From Trichoplax sp. H2 (taxonomy: Eukaryota), in contig NOWV01000017.1 of assembly GCA_003344405.1 (NCBI GenBank), positions 1-64,000 of the forward strand: a stretch of DNA of 64,000 bases, in the 5' to 3' direction. Each line of letters starts with the position of its first letter. The first letter of the stretch is position 1. The translations under genes and the position numbers were made by a program. Positions 34,101 through 47,500 of the stretch are shown here, piece by piece. The notes beneath the pieces were generated by a model. The model was not told the DNA's origin, made no database searches, and saw only the letters and a program-made list of their open reading frames with translations.

Positions 34101-35971
34101 GATCAAATAAGCAATATGCCATAACTAAGAATATGAATAATAAGCACCAATTGGCTAAAATAGCTGCTCGAACTACAATAATATCTTCTCCAGGGCAATC
34201 AGAGCTGTCGGCAAAAGTCCAGTACGTGCCTAAAGCTGTCCACGTTAACTCAGGCAGCATCAAGAGTAATCGAAAATATAGAAAGTATCGCAAGGAACGT
34301 CGAGGTCTACTATTATAGATAGTTCCTCGACTACTAATAATACCAATAGCCAATTCCAATATGATTAAGCATGATAATATGACAAAGACACCAATTAAGA
34401 AGATATGTAATACACTAATGCTTGGACATGGATAATTTCTATCATGGAGATGATATATAATACCAAAAAAGACAATCCTGTTCAAAACAGAACAAGTTCA
34501 GCATTAATAAAGATTTAATATCTATAAAAATTGAATAGAGTAACATCTTGAAATCGTCTTCATTCGTTGTTATTTCGTAAGATGATGAAATATAATAATA
34601 CTAGACTTTATTTCATACAGTAGAAGCTTAGCAACATACAACATATTGATATAAATGCGATTAAAATATTTAGCAACCTACATTGGCTACAGTACTGGAC
34701 TAAAACGCTATAACTGATCTATTTAGTAGGTATGTTATAAATATTCGAGTCATACAATGCCAATGGGCTTCTAGGTGATTAATTTGCCTAGTCCTCAACA
34801 CTCTTACGAGCGGATGTCACCGTTAGTAATTTACTGTTGTATCGAAATTTGTCATTTTAACCCACTCTAATTACCTTCTGTAGCATGTGAAAAATGATTA
34901 ATTATACTGTTGGAATTGAGCAAATACAATTAATAATAACACTGTATAATTAGCAATGAAGTTGAAAACATTCTACAGTACATGATGGATGATGTTAGTG
35001 TTGTCAAGGACTACTTTTCTTGTAGTAGGGCATGTTATGCACTTGTATATCAAACAGGATATCTTCTTGACGATGCCTATTGCTCCATTCATCCAGTTTA
35101 TAGCGGCCTGTACGAGCGATCATACTGATCAAAAGTTAATAATTAATATGTTTACAACAGTTATCCAATTTCAAAATGATCTTCCACGAGTAACATCACG
35201 ATTTATCTCGATGAAATATACGAATTTACTCTTATTCACAATATCTAAGCCTACTCATTGTTATAGTAGTTTTTGTGCGTTAGCCTGTACGATCGATCCA
35301 TTAATTACTGATCCATGGATTAGTATTTTAGTGGCTTAAGTTGACTGTCAACTCAAGTGATCAAGTCGATTACGGCAGTAAATTCAACTTGTTTTTGCAG
35401 TAATCTCTGGCAGTAGCTTGTACTCAGGCCGACCAATTCATTGTTGATCGTTATTGGACAGCATTCAAATGGATTTAGTTGATGCTCAAGTAGCAAGTGG
35501 ATTATATTTTAGCGACATTAGGCCAGTACAATGACATCGCACCGATCCGATCATCATTAATCGGTACCACAGTGAAGCACTATAATGGCCACAGTGGTTG
35601 CTTTAGCAAACAGAACACTCTTACGGTAAGTTATCTATATTTCAATCAGTAAGGATTACTCAAAAATGAGAGTTGTAGTCCTAGTTGACTTCGCGCTAGC
35701 CCATGAATAGCTGGTACTGCACGAAGGTAACTACAACAATTTTGATGTGGGTTCATCATACAAATCATAACGCCATTTATCTATATTACAACATTGACCA
35801 ATACTGCTAGTAGTCAAAATAAAGCTATAAAGCATATCAATTAAGTAGATCAAGAAGAGAATTCTCTTGCATTTACCCGAAGATGTGAATAGCTGCTAAT
35901 CCTAATCCAAAACAAACCAAATCATCACTGCCAATGCCCCAACGTCTTCCGAAAGCGATCAGCGCCGGCAT
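31147..35971 (-). CDS. DAGL: Diacylglycerol lipase paralog 3, ~13 coding exons
   Basis: Exon 1 at 35971-35877 reads [21 protein letters not shown] exon at ~34477-34068. Further motifs: [29 protein letters not shown]...[23 protein letters not shown]...[28 protein letters not shown]. Last exon has MIGDHFP, with TAA at 31149-31147. Confidence 0.93.
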
Positions 35972-36564
35972 GATTACATCGGCTGGGAAGCAACTCAATA
36001 ATTGCGCTAATAAGTTCTATTTTAAGTAGATTCGGTAATAATGCAAAGTAAGCAGCATAAAACAACAACTTTCCAGTATAATGATGCCGTAATAAATAAT
36101 ATTCCAGATAGAAAACAGGATGCCTGGCCAGATTGGTTCCAGCTTGGCTGGCTACAAGGCAGAAAATGGCAAAATTGCCTACTATACAAGGTACGAGTCC
36201 TGTTACAAAACAGCTTGTATTGTTTGAATGCACTGTTTGCGCTACTATATAGTGAATAATCGTTTTCGACGTCGTTCGCTTTTTCATTATTTAATAGACT
36301 CGCTTCCATCATTGCCTATCCAATACAACATGCTGTACCATGGAGAGTTGATTGCGAATGCTTACCTGAAGGCAAAATCGTACAACTGAGATAAATTATA
36401 CAGTATACTGTATCATACTGCCCATCAGTAACAGACAACACTATAGAAAATTCGTTGGCATTACTGAACTCGACTGTGAAGCAGCGGTGACCCTTGCAAA
36501 CCTTCTAGCTGGTTGCTAAGTTGCAACTTCTCCAGCAGGCTCCAGCAGCAAGCTGAGATCAAAG

Positions 36565-39500
36565 ATGGACTCTGCACATTCTATTGCTCAATCTGAGGTC
36601 TATTCTATCGTTGCCAAGGTTATACGACAAATTCAAAACACTGACGATCAGAAAGAATGGTTACAAGGATTACAAGAATTTAATGCATTACTAACAGGCG
36701 TAGCACAATCACCACTCCAATCCAATCTAAATGAAATTAAGATGCAATTTACGACCAGATATTATACCATGGCTGCCAACGCGATCATCAAGACGTATGC
36801 TAAATGGTCCACTAAAATCACTGCAGAGAATCGAGTACAGTATCTTGATCACTTCTTTCTTAAAGGACCGTGCCATGAAGCTTTTCTTTCGCTATCCAAT
36901 ATATTCAATACCTCCAGGTAATCAACCCATTTATCATCATCTTATGATGTACTATAGAAGTTAACGAGCTTACTGATACCATGGCAAGAGTACTATACGT
37001 GATGCAAAAAAGCACTGCAATAGATAGACAACTGCATGCAATTAATATAGTACAAGGTGTACAATTTATATATTCAAGATTGAGCTTAGCATTGACCTCA
37101 TACAGCATATCAACATCAATCGTGCACGATTGCATCAATATCTTGACTGTAATTCGTAGATGTATGTGCAATTATTCTTGACTGTAATTCGTAGATACAT
37201 GTGCAATTATGCATGTGCAGCACCAAATACATTCTTTCTTGCAATAACCAGCTACAGCGGCTATTGGCTACGATATTCGTATAAAGACACTGTCAGTGAA
37301 TTACACCCAATCTAAAAATCAGCTGTACATTTACCTATCTTTATTCGCATTTTAATTAATGTATATGGATGCAGATTATATCTTCCTAAATCATCTAATT
37401 GTTAATAACATTTAATGGTTTTGAAAGCATTATGATAATTTATCCTATCTAGTCATTCTTTGGTACTACGTCAAGGGATCAATTTGCTGGACCAATTTAT
37501 ACAAGTTGATAGAATCAGGGATCTGATCTGTAGCTTTTCCTTGGTCAAGAGCAAGGAGATGAATGACCTTGCTAGTGCTACCTTACAGAATAATCTTTAT
37601 GAACGAATTATTAGCGATCTAGCTTCATTACCTGAGCGAATTGCAAACAAGCTGGAATTAAATATCAAGTAATAAATTTATATTCCGATCTACAATTTCT
37701 GTAATCTTTATATGCGTAAATTCATTCCTGCTGTATTTATTCTTCACTTCTTTCATGTATAGATCCAACTTTTATCCGAAATCGTACTTTCAGCGCATAG
37801 CTCAGCAGATAGATGCTTCATTGAAGTTGATATATGAATTCATAAAAGGTACTATTCGAAGGTCAAACTAGATCAAACTATGTTACTGTAAATACCATCT
37901 TTGTTATCTAATATTGCAATATAGAAAAGTACTTGTTAATAGAGTGAAATGATGACAAGAAATAAACAAAATGTTTACAGTTGTTTTGATTATTTTGGTA
38001 TTGAAACAGATGGACATTCCTACAATCTAACCTTCCTTGGTAATTTACTGGGTAAAATAACTATGATAGGCCATGCCGGTAAGTAATACTGTATATTGAA
38101 GACATTGTCCTTGGCCTAGGGCAAAAGCAGGAAAATTCTCATGCTAATTTGTTATAACCCGTATATACTAGATACTATATTTTATTATCTTCTGCCATCT
38201 TGGACGATAAATACTAAGCAAAATAACTTATGGCAATCAGTAATACAAAAACTACTTTGCACTATACCGGATTCTTCTCTCGAAAATATACTAATAACCC
38301 TGTTAACAACTATCAAACCGTAAGTGATTTCCATTCACTCACATATAAACAAAAGAATATGTCATCAAATTGACGTTAAGTATCATTTATTGCTAGGTCA
38401 TTATCTCCTAATAATCTAATTTCAAGGCTCTTGGGTAACAATATAAACGAAAGTTCGAAATTACGCTTCCTGTTTACTAAAAAATTTTTGCTACTTCGAT
38501 CCTTCAAAAACGTAATACTCTTACAAAATTAGCTTGAAAAGCACGTTGTTATACTGAAGGCTAAATATGATTTCGATATTTATAGCTATCAATACCTAAA
38601 AATATTATAAGCTACCTTCATCTACAAGGATTACAATCACTTCTATCAGAGGTAGGTTAATCGTCTATTAATCACATTACTTAGTACAATATTTTCATTA
38701 TCTTAAAAAATTGTTCAATTCTTTCATCTTACGACCACTTTAACTTTATGAAAAAAGACATTTCTGGAAGTCTTAGATGCATGGTGCAAGAAGAGCGCTA
38801 TCCAATATACTGGCTATGAAGAACATCTATATCTATCACAAGTTCTATTGATACTATGTTCGCATTTAGATAAGAAAGAAGTCATTTCGAACCAACAAGG
38901 TATTGTTCTTGAAATAGTACAATACTTTTAGAGATAAAGCAGTTTAAGATAACTAATTTACTGCGCTTATACTGTAGCTGTTTTAGTAAAGTTACTCCAT
39001 GGTATGCAAGTACACTTAGAAAATAATACGATACAGGTAATAATAAATCAACTTTTTATATCTAATACTCATGCGCTCGAATCTCAATTTAAATATATCA
39101 TAACTTCCGCATTGTAAACCTGTTATATGGGTATATATCTCATTAGATTAGACGTCTAGGTATGATTGTTGGAGAAACATTAACGGATGTCTTAGATAAC
39201 GGAGGAAATCGTCTACGATTCGAGGTTTAGCATGACGGCATGATCAACATGTCAATCTATCAATCAAAGTTTTAAAACTAAATTTTGTTACAGTATGAAG
39301 AAAATGATGAAACTGATGAAATTAAAGCTCTTCAAAAACGACTACCAAAATTGCAAGATGGGTAAATTACCAGTCCTACTGCAGTACGCACTTAATTTAT
39401 AGTGATGCTTATAAGCAATAACTGACATGAAATATTCATACTTTTAAACACTTAGAGAACTTGAACACACAATAAGCAAATACAATTTGGATGAACAGGA

Positions 39501-41978
39501 GGGGTCTGTTATCTACTATCGTATTTTACTATTAGTGATAGATTGTACGATAGGTATATGTAGCATATGCTAGATAACATCTATTGGAAATAAGAGTCAC
39601 ATGTATTATTAATCGAATCCAATTTTCGAACAGAAATAAGCACCCTAAAGATACGTTGCATAGCCAAGGGCGACACATCGTCTCAACTTTAGAAGAATCA
39701 TCGTCAAAAGTTGCCACTACATATGAAGAATTAGATAGGTAAGGTGTATTGCTTAGGCTATATATGTTTCTTACGGATGGTAAATTGTCACAATTTCTTA
39801 CAAAACAGGAATAGAAAGACTTATTTTTTATTTATTGTTTAGTGATGATGATTTCGAATCATATGACATGAGTAATGATACAGTTGTAAATAAAATTAAG
39901 AAACCTTCTTACATCCGTGATTGCATAGAAGGTTAGTACAGTATGTCATTAATTTACGAATAATTGATAAAAAATTTTATGTCGCTAGCTTAATGTTTCT
40001 GGAATGTGTACATACTGAAATAAAATCTAGGTCTTCTTGTTAATGATGATCCACACCGAGTTGATGTATGTCTACATACGATTGAAAGTTTAGTGAAACG
40101 AAATCCGAGTGATTTGCCGAACGTAAATGTTACAATTATTGTCAACCTCAATTTTTTGCAATACAGTAGATAGTTTATCCGATGTTTTTACGTAGATTTG
40201 GCTTCTTTAATTTTGTGTATTTTAGTTAGCAGAAGAAATTGTAAAGATTCTTCTCCACTTACAAAATGAAAGTGCTGCGGAAGATTATAATATTGTACGG
40301 TTATCAGCTATGATATCGACAACTGTACAATGCCCAACCCAGGTTATTAAATCCTTTTTAATGAAGATAATAGAATTTATGTTTGATACGACCTATATGC
40401 ATCATATCTCATCAAATTTTAATAATTTATTCTATGGGTAGGCTGTTAAATATTTAACTACGGAATTTTATAAAACCAATTACAGTTTACAGCAACGTTT
40501 GGATATATTAGAGGTGTTTATCAAAACAAAATTGAAAAAATGATTTATTCTAAAATATTGATTTTATTTTATTGTCTGATCCAGGCTTGATGTTACAAAT
40601 TATTAAAAATTTTATGACAACTTTTAGATTATTGCGAAATCTGCTCAAGAATTATCTTCCCCACACACGACTGATAGTGAAAGTAAGAAAGAGGCGATAC
40701 CCAGTGACAATTATGGCACTGGACCCCAACATAGGTCAAAGACTCCGAATTGGCAGCAAATTGTCAATGAAAGAATTAAATTGAAAACTCGTCGTTTTGC
40801 GAAAGTTAGTAATAGCACCTAAAATTTTGATGTCAAATAGGTTAAATTCTTGTTATTTTATCAGCTTCATATTTCGTGTATATAATCATGATTATTTATT
40901 CGCGTAGGGTCGGCCAAAGTCACGAGTAAAGAGTATAGCTAATCGCTTTGCACCTGTCGCAGGCCTTTTCTTTTTCCCGCTACTGCAGCACTTTGACAGG
41001 TTGTATACGTCTTAGCGCTTAAGCTAATAACAATTTTAATAAATAAGTTCAACAAATTACTTATTGGTATTTCTCGCTACTAACTAGACCATTAAACACC
41101 ATGGATCTACTTGGAGATGACTCCTTCGTATTAGGTCGATTAATTTATACGTTAGGTGTCGTCTTGTATGCTGCTATTAATACTACGGTTAGTATAAATG
41201 GATAGCTTAGATTAACTAGCCACCAACCCAAATGTGAATATACTGTCAGATAGTAAGTATTAATTTGATATTTTTCGATGTAGATTGTTGACAGTATGGG
41301 TAAATCTTTATTAGAATTTTTATGGGCAGTAAGATTTCATGAAGAAGCGTAAGAGACTACAAAAAGCTTTTAAAAATAAATTTAATCTCTATCTGTTAAC
41401 AAAAATTTTTCAATTCCTCATATATCCAATCTAACTTGCAGGTACATTCGCCAGTCGATCATTTTCAGCTTCACGATGATCATCTTAAGTTTACCTTCAT
41501 ATGTTTTAATCGGGAATGCAGATATCTATGAATTTCAAGCTTGGATGCAAGGTTTATACATTTTGACATTAAAATAAATCTGAGTATGTTTTAAAAAAGT
41601 AAACACTAGATATTTATATGCACAAAATGTTTGGATAGTAGTGCTAGACAGTATAAAGTTATCAATGATAGTATAGCCTTGGTAGAATAATTTTTTAATA
41701 AATTATCATTCTGGTATGCTTATCGAGACTAGATTTAATTCACAAAGATCCCAATAGTGAGTGTCGAAAACTAGCTGCACAATCGTTATCCTTACTGCAA
41801 GATACTTTCAAAAAGGTTAGTATAGAATGAATTTGCTACCTATTTCAACATGTACGACTACAGTATATCCTATCCATAGTGGAAAAATTTTTTGGATCTA
41901 CTTCTATAACTAATTTATACAATTACGTACTATCTATATCACTTCTAAAATTAGGAATTGTTACCGGAAGAAAAATAA
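36565..41978 (+). CDS. TELO2: Telomere length regulation protein TEL2 homolog (TTT complex), multi-exon
   Basis: ATG at 36565. Motifs: LPERIANKL; RRLGMIVGE; ELDSDDDFESYDMSND (split by the intron at ~39739-39842); KPSYIRDCIEGL; YSLQQRLDILE; KTRRFAK; NRFAPVAGLFFFPLL; LGRLIYTLG; RFHEEAYIRQS; DPNSECRKLA. Probable last mini-exon ELLPEEK-TAA at 41955-41978. Confidence 0.93.
37141..37210. repeat. 35-bp tandem duplication (2 copies, 2 mismatches) in TELO2 intron 1
   Basis: tcttgactgtaattcgtagatgtatgtgcaattat followed directly by tcttgactgtaattcgtagatacatgtgcaattat. Confidence 0.9.
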
Positions 41979-42212
41979 TTAGCTGTATACTGAAGCAGAA
42001 CTATAAATTAATTAATTACAGTGTATATGCGTGAGTGGAAGGATAGTGAAAAAAGATTGATTAAATATCATTTCGATGGTTGATTCTATACGCTTAATTT
42101 GAAATTTTCTATTTTGCACGGTAAATGATGTCAACTAGTAAGTACTGTGTGTACAATTGTAGTACTGTAATGGTCAATAATATACAGTATGAATCTATGT
42201 TACTGCATTCAA

Positions 42213-43299
42213 TTAGATATCATCCATTTCTTTGATTTCTTCATATCCAATAACTTGTAAAAATCTCGGATGATCATATATTTTTCCATATGGAATACTG
42301 TAATAAAAGTCTTCTTTTGTTCCATTAATCTCTAAATATTGAATGATTTCATCATTGAGAAATCGAGCGGCCATTCTTCCGTCGCTCCATGAGACAACTG
42401 ATTCGACAGGATAATGTCTACAAATTTAGCAGATATTAAATGAGTGATGAAATTATTATCTATTTCTTAAAGTTATTCCAGCATACTATCATGTAATCTT
42501 CAAAAGAAGTTATTTTTATGCGTATAGCTAGCTTTACCAGCGGAGCATAGTAAATGGACGAGGATTACATCATTACTGACTGTAAGCTGATCGCCTTAAG
42601 TTAATAATGCAACTACTACCGATTATCTGCGAAAATGAATTCAGTCTTGCCTGCTAATGTAGATATAAGCATGGATAAGAAACGTTACCTATTACGTCTA
42701 TTTCCCCAAAACGTCAAAGTTGATAGGATTATTTCTTGATCATCATCAGAAATCCATAATTCGCCAATAATTCGACGGAAAAAATAACTGAAAACAAACA
42801 AAGCGACTGTTGTACTGGTTGCAGTACTAATTGTAGTCCAAAAAACCAGGTTGGATATCATTTGATGTGTATACCAGTAGCACGAAGGAATGCTAAGACT
42901 TAACATGAATCCAACTTGGAATAATTTAAATCGCGACGCAAATCGAAACCAATGAATTCGAGGTAATTTATAAAGTAACTGATAGCCACTAAATTGGTTA
43001 CGCGATTGTCTTGTCGATTGAACATCCTTGCACTTGTTCTCATCTGTGCAATAAAGATTAGCTGTAGTCGTCCATTTACACAAGGAGTTTGGTATCTTTT
43101 GTCTTGCAATCCAACGATCCATCGTCATCATTCTAACCGTAGTTGTAGGACGAGTGTAATCCCAGAGGAATCTTCTACAGTGTAACTGAATATTGGCTTG
43201 ATAGTTGAGGAAATGCCTACCTTGGATACCCCAACGGCTGGCATTGCAACAGCTCTGATAAACAGAGCATATTGTCCGAGGTATGGCCCATTGATTCAT
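42213..43299 (-). CDS. TMEM186: Transmembrane protein 186-like (mitochondrial complex I assembly-associated), 2 exons
   Basis: Exon 1 at 43299-42689 has an Arg-rich presequence-like N-terminus, then LYKLPRIHWFRFASRFKLFQ, two hydrophobic segments, SYFFRRIIG and ILSTLTFWGNRRN. Exon 2 at 42417-42213 includes FYYSIPYGKIYD and ends in TAA. Confidence 0.82.
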
Positions 43300-43839
43300 C
43301 TTTTCCACTTTAATCTTGATTCATTTCTTATTCCTAGTTTCTACTGTAAAAATCAACTTTACTGCAGGCTATTCCAGGCTCAAAATACTCCACAGTTCTA
43401 ATGATGTTCCATCGTCAGTAGCAATTGCGAGATCAATTTCCACCAATGGTTGCAGCAACGATTGAGCAATGAGCACTTGAGCAGCCTTCTGCAACAAGAT
43501 GGGTTGGCCAGTACTGTATATAGTATAGTTTTTAAACAGTCCAGAACAAGTGATAACGTACATGATTCTGTATGGCAATACTGGAGCAACACGGTTAGCA
43601 TCATTCTTCAATCGGTACATTCGTAATATGCGAGTTTGACGTACTATAAAAGTCGAAGATAAGAACACGCTCCAACTTTCTCTATATAAATACTGTAGTG
43701 CCATCACTTGAAAGAGCAGTAACTAGCACTGCATTTTACGTCCGATTGTCTGTCTGTACAGCACTAGAATCTCAAGACTCGACAAGCGGATAAGTGCTAG
43801 TTCAGTTCAAATTAAATATTTTGTATTGGTTCTCGGCTA

Positions 43840-43930
43840 CAGTTACCGGTACTGTACTGTCTACTCTTACAGTACTGTCACACTGTCTAGATTGTACCGT
43901 ACGTACTGTACACTGTACAGAACTGTATCG
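43840..43930. repeat. ACAGT/ACTGT palindromic cluster between divergent TMEM186 and SIRT7
   Basis: gtactgtactgtctactcttacagtactgtc...gtactgtacactgtacag. Confidence 0.7.
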
Positions 43931-44529
43931 TAGTAACCAGGCGGAAGGACCGTTCGAATATTCATCTAATAACGAGATCTTGATCTTTGTGCTCTAGCAT
44001 TAAAGACTGGATCGCTAATGATATGATTATTACTACCATTTACAACCATTATTATCGTCAGTAGAAAGCTCTAATACTGTTCATGTATAATTCGGATACA
44101 TTCAAAATGAAAGTTAAGTGTTCCATGGATATTCTATGATAACATCACTGATAAAAACTAGTTGAAAACGAATGCACGATGGATAGCCTGAAAGCGTTTC
44201 GTCGATAGCCATCATCTCAGAATTGACTGCTACCAATAAAAGGAAGTTACCGTGATGATTATTTCCTCGATCTTGCATACCATGTTAGTAAACTACAAAT
44301 ACACCTACAGGCTAGAGCGATTATAATAACGAGGATTTGATTTTCGCCGCTAGATCATAGATTTGATTTGCTAACCCTCATTATATATTACTGTAAGTGG
44401 ATATGTTGCATACCTAATCAGCAATACTGCCAATCCATTCTTGTTTTCAACTCTTGAACAGCTCAAGTTAAAACCAAGATACTTAAAAAGGAAACAGAAT
44501 TATCAATATTGTAAATATCGGTGTGAAAC

Positions 44530-47500
44530 ATGAATGAAAACACATCAAGTGACGGTATGAATCAGGCGGTCATCAAGATTTCAAGAGAAGATCGCAAGAG
44601 GAAACAAGCCGAGGACGCTTCATTAAAGGCTGAATATCACCAACGTTATAAAAACATTCGCAAAATTCTATTACGCAAAGCTGAAGACAGAAGCAGTGAT
44701 GAAAGCGCATTACTAGCTAATTTTCCTGAAATTACAGGGGATATTCAGCGCTCATTACAAAAATATTTAACGTTAAAATCGAGAAAAGAGGAGGTCAGTT
44801 ATAGCATCTATCTACCCTTCCAATATCACTGTTTTATTGTACTTTACTATAAGATATAATGCTGTTAATTACGGTGCAGAGTAGTACCGTAATAACGCTT
44901 TGGTTTCTACCAGTGTTGAGCGGTTTACCGATAGTTTTTTGTTAATCAGGATACGTATGTTAACAGTACATCGTGATATGTATGACTTTAGCGCTACACT
45001 TTGCCCTTGTCTTGGGTTTTCTTGCAGATCTATCAACTGCAGTTTTCTACTTTGTGTTATTTGTGCAAATTGTTGCTGTTTTCTATTAATTATTCGTCGG
45101 GTTGATAAATTCACATACAACCATACTGCACGTATACGAGTACACAGTGATAATATTGCCTATTGAATTCTTAAATTTCTTAACAGCATTCGTTGCACCA
45201 TCATTTTGCTTTCCTACTTTAGCCTCGAAAAGTGAATGAAAGATAGGCGTTACATATTAGCTATTCCATATAAATCTTACACGATCACTACAACGATATA
45301 GCACACCATTGGCACCGTATGAGTACTTTTATCGTTATGCAACCCTAATGTGTCGATGTGCGTGTTTGCAAATTACAGCTGGAAAAGGATACAGGATTTC
45401 TTCTGATGAGTGATAGAAAGGCTTTTAAATTTGATTGACCACCCTTGAAATAAATTGACTACATACAGTATTTAAATGAATAGTTCCTGTTTACTTTATT
45501 AAAATTATTCGTAGCTGCCTTACAGGATTGATTATATATATCTTGGAAACAATTTACATGTAGACATATCAACAACAGGAAATCGCTACTTTGAATATTT
45601 AATCTCATCAAAATACAACACATGAATTGATACTTGCACCGCTTTGAGCTTATAATCCTGATAGTACTACCTTAGTACAGTATAAGATTATTATACTACG
45701 CGTATATATCACTCTTAAAAAATATCTTGTTTTACTGAATTTAAACAATAGAGTGATACGCGATTTGCATGTTTACGCACTCGGAATTACACAAACTAAG
45801 TACGAGATACTTACTCTGATAGCTTTTAATTTCTTCGCCCATACGACTTATTAAATGAACTCAAGTTAACAGCCTACTTGCGCACGTATGGAATTATAAT
45901 ATTTTATAGTAGGATAGTGTACATACCTCGTATGTACAGTTTTTAGGAATGAGACAAGCGTAAACTATATTTACCTCGATTCAAATGTAACGAGGCTCTA
46001 TAATCCTCAACACAAGCGAAGAATTTAATTCAATAGAGTACTAAATTAAACCATCTATGATGTATCTTGATTGAATTTAACATCTTGTTAAAAATACGTT
46101 TATTTCAGATTATTGACGACTCTGAAGTTATTAGCATAAAAATTGATCAATTAGCGGAGGCTGTTCGTTGTGCTAAATGCTTGGTCATCTATACAGGAGC
46201 TGGAATAAGCACGGTACAACAGACATTTTTCTTCAGTACTTTACCTTGGCGAAGATTACATTTCACCTAAACTCTTTCTTATCACTACCAATAAATTAAT
46301 TGAAGTGTCCAATATCAAATATTGTATGTTTCTAAGCTATTCTTATTTTTTATATTCCATATCATAGGCTGCTCAAATTCCTGATTATCGGTAAGGTTAC
46401 AAGTTATTTAATCATATCGTCCATTTGAAAATTCGGACTTGTAAACTTCTAGAAATAAACGTTATTATTAATTATCTTGTTTATGCTTGCTTTTATTTCA
46501 TCAAATATGAAAGGGGTCCAAATGGTGTCTGGACGCAATTAGCTCGTGGTAGAAGAGCAACGTAAGTTACTACAAAGGCTATAAAAGAACTAAGTCGTAG
46601 TCGGTTTCGTAAAATTGAAACATTCATATGAGTTTACTGTATAAGTACTGAATTTATCAACCTGTTACGCTAATTGATAACAATTCTTTCCGAAGGGGAC
46701 GAGATATGATAGAAGCCGAGCCAACATTTACTCACATGGCTATCGTTGAACTATATAAAGCGAACCTAGTAAATATTTTCCATTTGCTAATTCGTAATTT
46801 TAATATATGTCTATTGATGAGACACGCTACTGTAAATACTGATAGCTATAATATGTTCTTCCAGGCGAATTATGTTGTTTCACAAAACTGTGATGGTTTG
46901 CATCTGAGAAGTGGATTACCAAGATCTGCCTTATCGGAAGTCCATGGCAACATGTACATGGAGGTAAATCGACTCTTATTACACTTTTAAATATACTTTT
47001 AACTCTTTTCATGCTTTTCTTTTATTATCAAAGGTTTGCAGTAATTGCCAACCTCAACGAGAATATTTTAGATTATTTGATGTAACGCAGGATACGGCAT
47101 TAAGGCGACACACAACTCGAAGAACTTGTGACGTCTGTGGAAATAACCTCGTTGATACAATTGTTCACTTTGGAGAAAGGAGTAGATTAGTAGAGCCCCA
47201 TAACTGGCAAACTGCAATTGATTGGGCAAACAAAACGGACATGATACTCTGTTTAGGCTCCAGCCTAAAAGTATGCCAGTTCTAAATTTAACTTATCTTC
47301 TTTTAAAAAAATTTATCATTGGATAGTACCACTAATTCATCTTTTACAGGTTTTGAAGCACTATCACCCGCTATGGGGAAGTAAAAGGGCTAAATCAAAG
47401 AGACCTAAAATTTTCATTGTGAACTTACAGGTATTACTTTTAAACTGACATAGAGACATCCTAGAACAGTTCATTATTTAGTCCACCTTTAGAAATTAGA

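Noticed and set aside
34989-35339. 116-aa + strand ORF in DAGL3 intron 1
   Set aside because: No recognisable motif or splice context, so probably a chance ORF.
35925-36287. 120-aa minus ORF overlapping the DAGL3 start
   Set aside because: It overlaps DAGL exon 1 out of frame and has no recognisable homology.
44869-45166. Overlapping ORFs in SIRT7 intron 1
   Set aside because: No homology or consistent splice structure.
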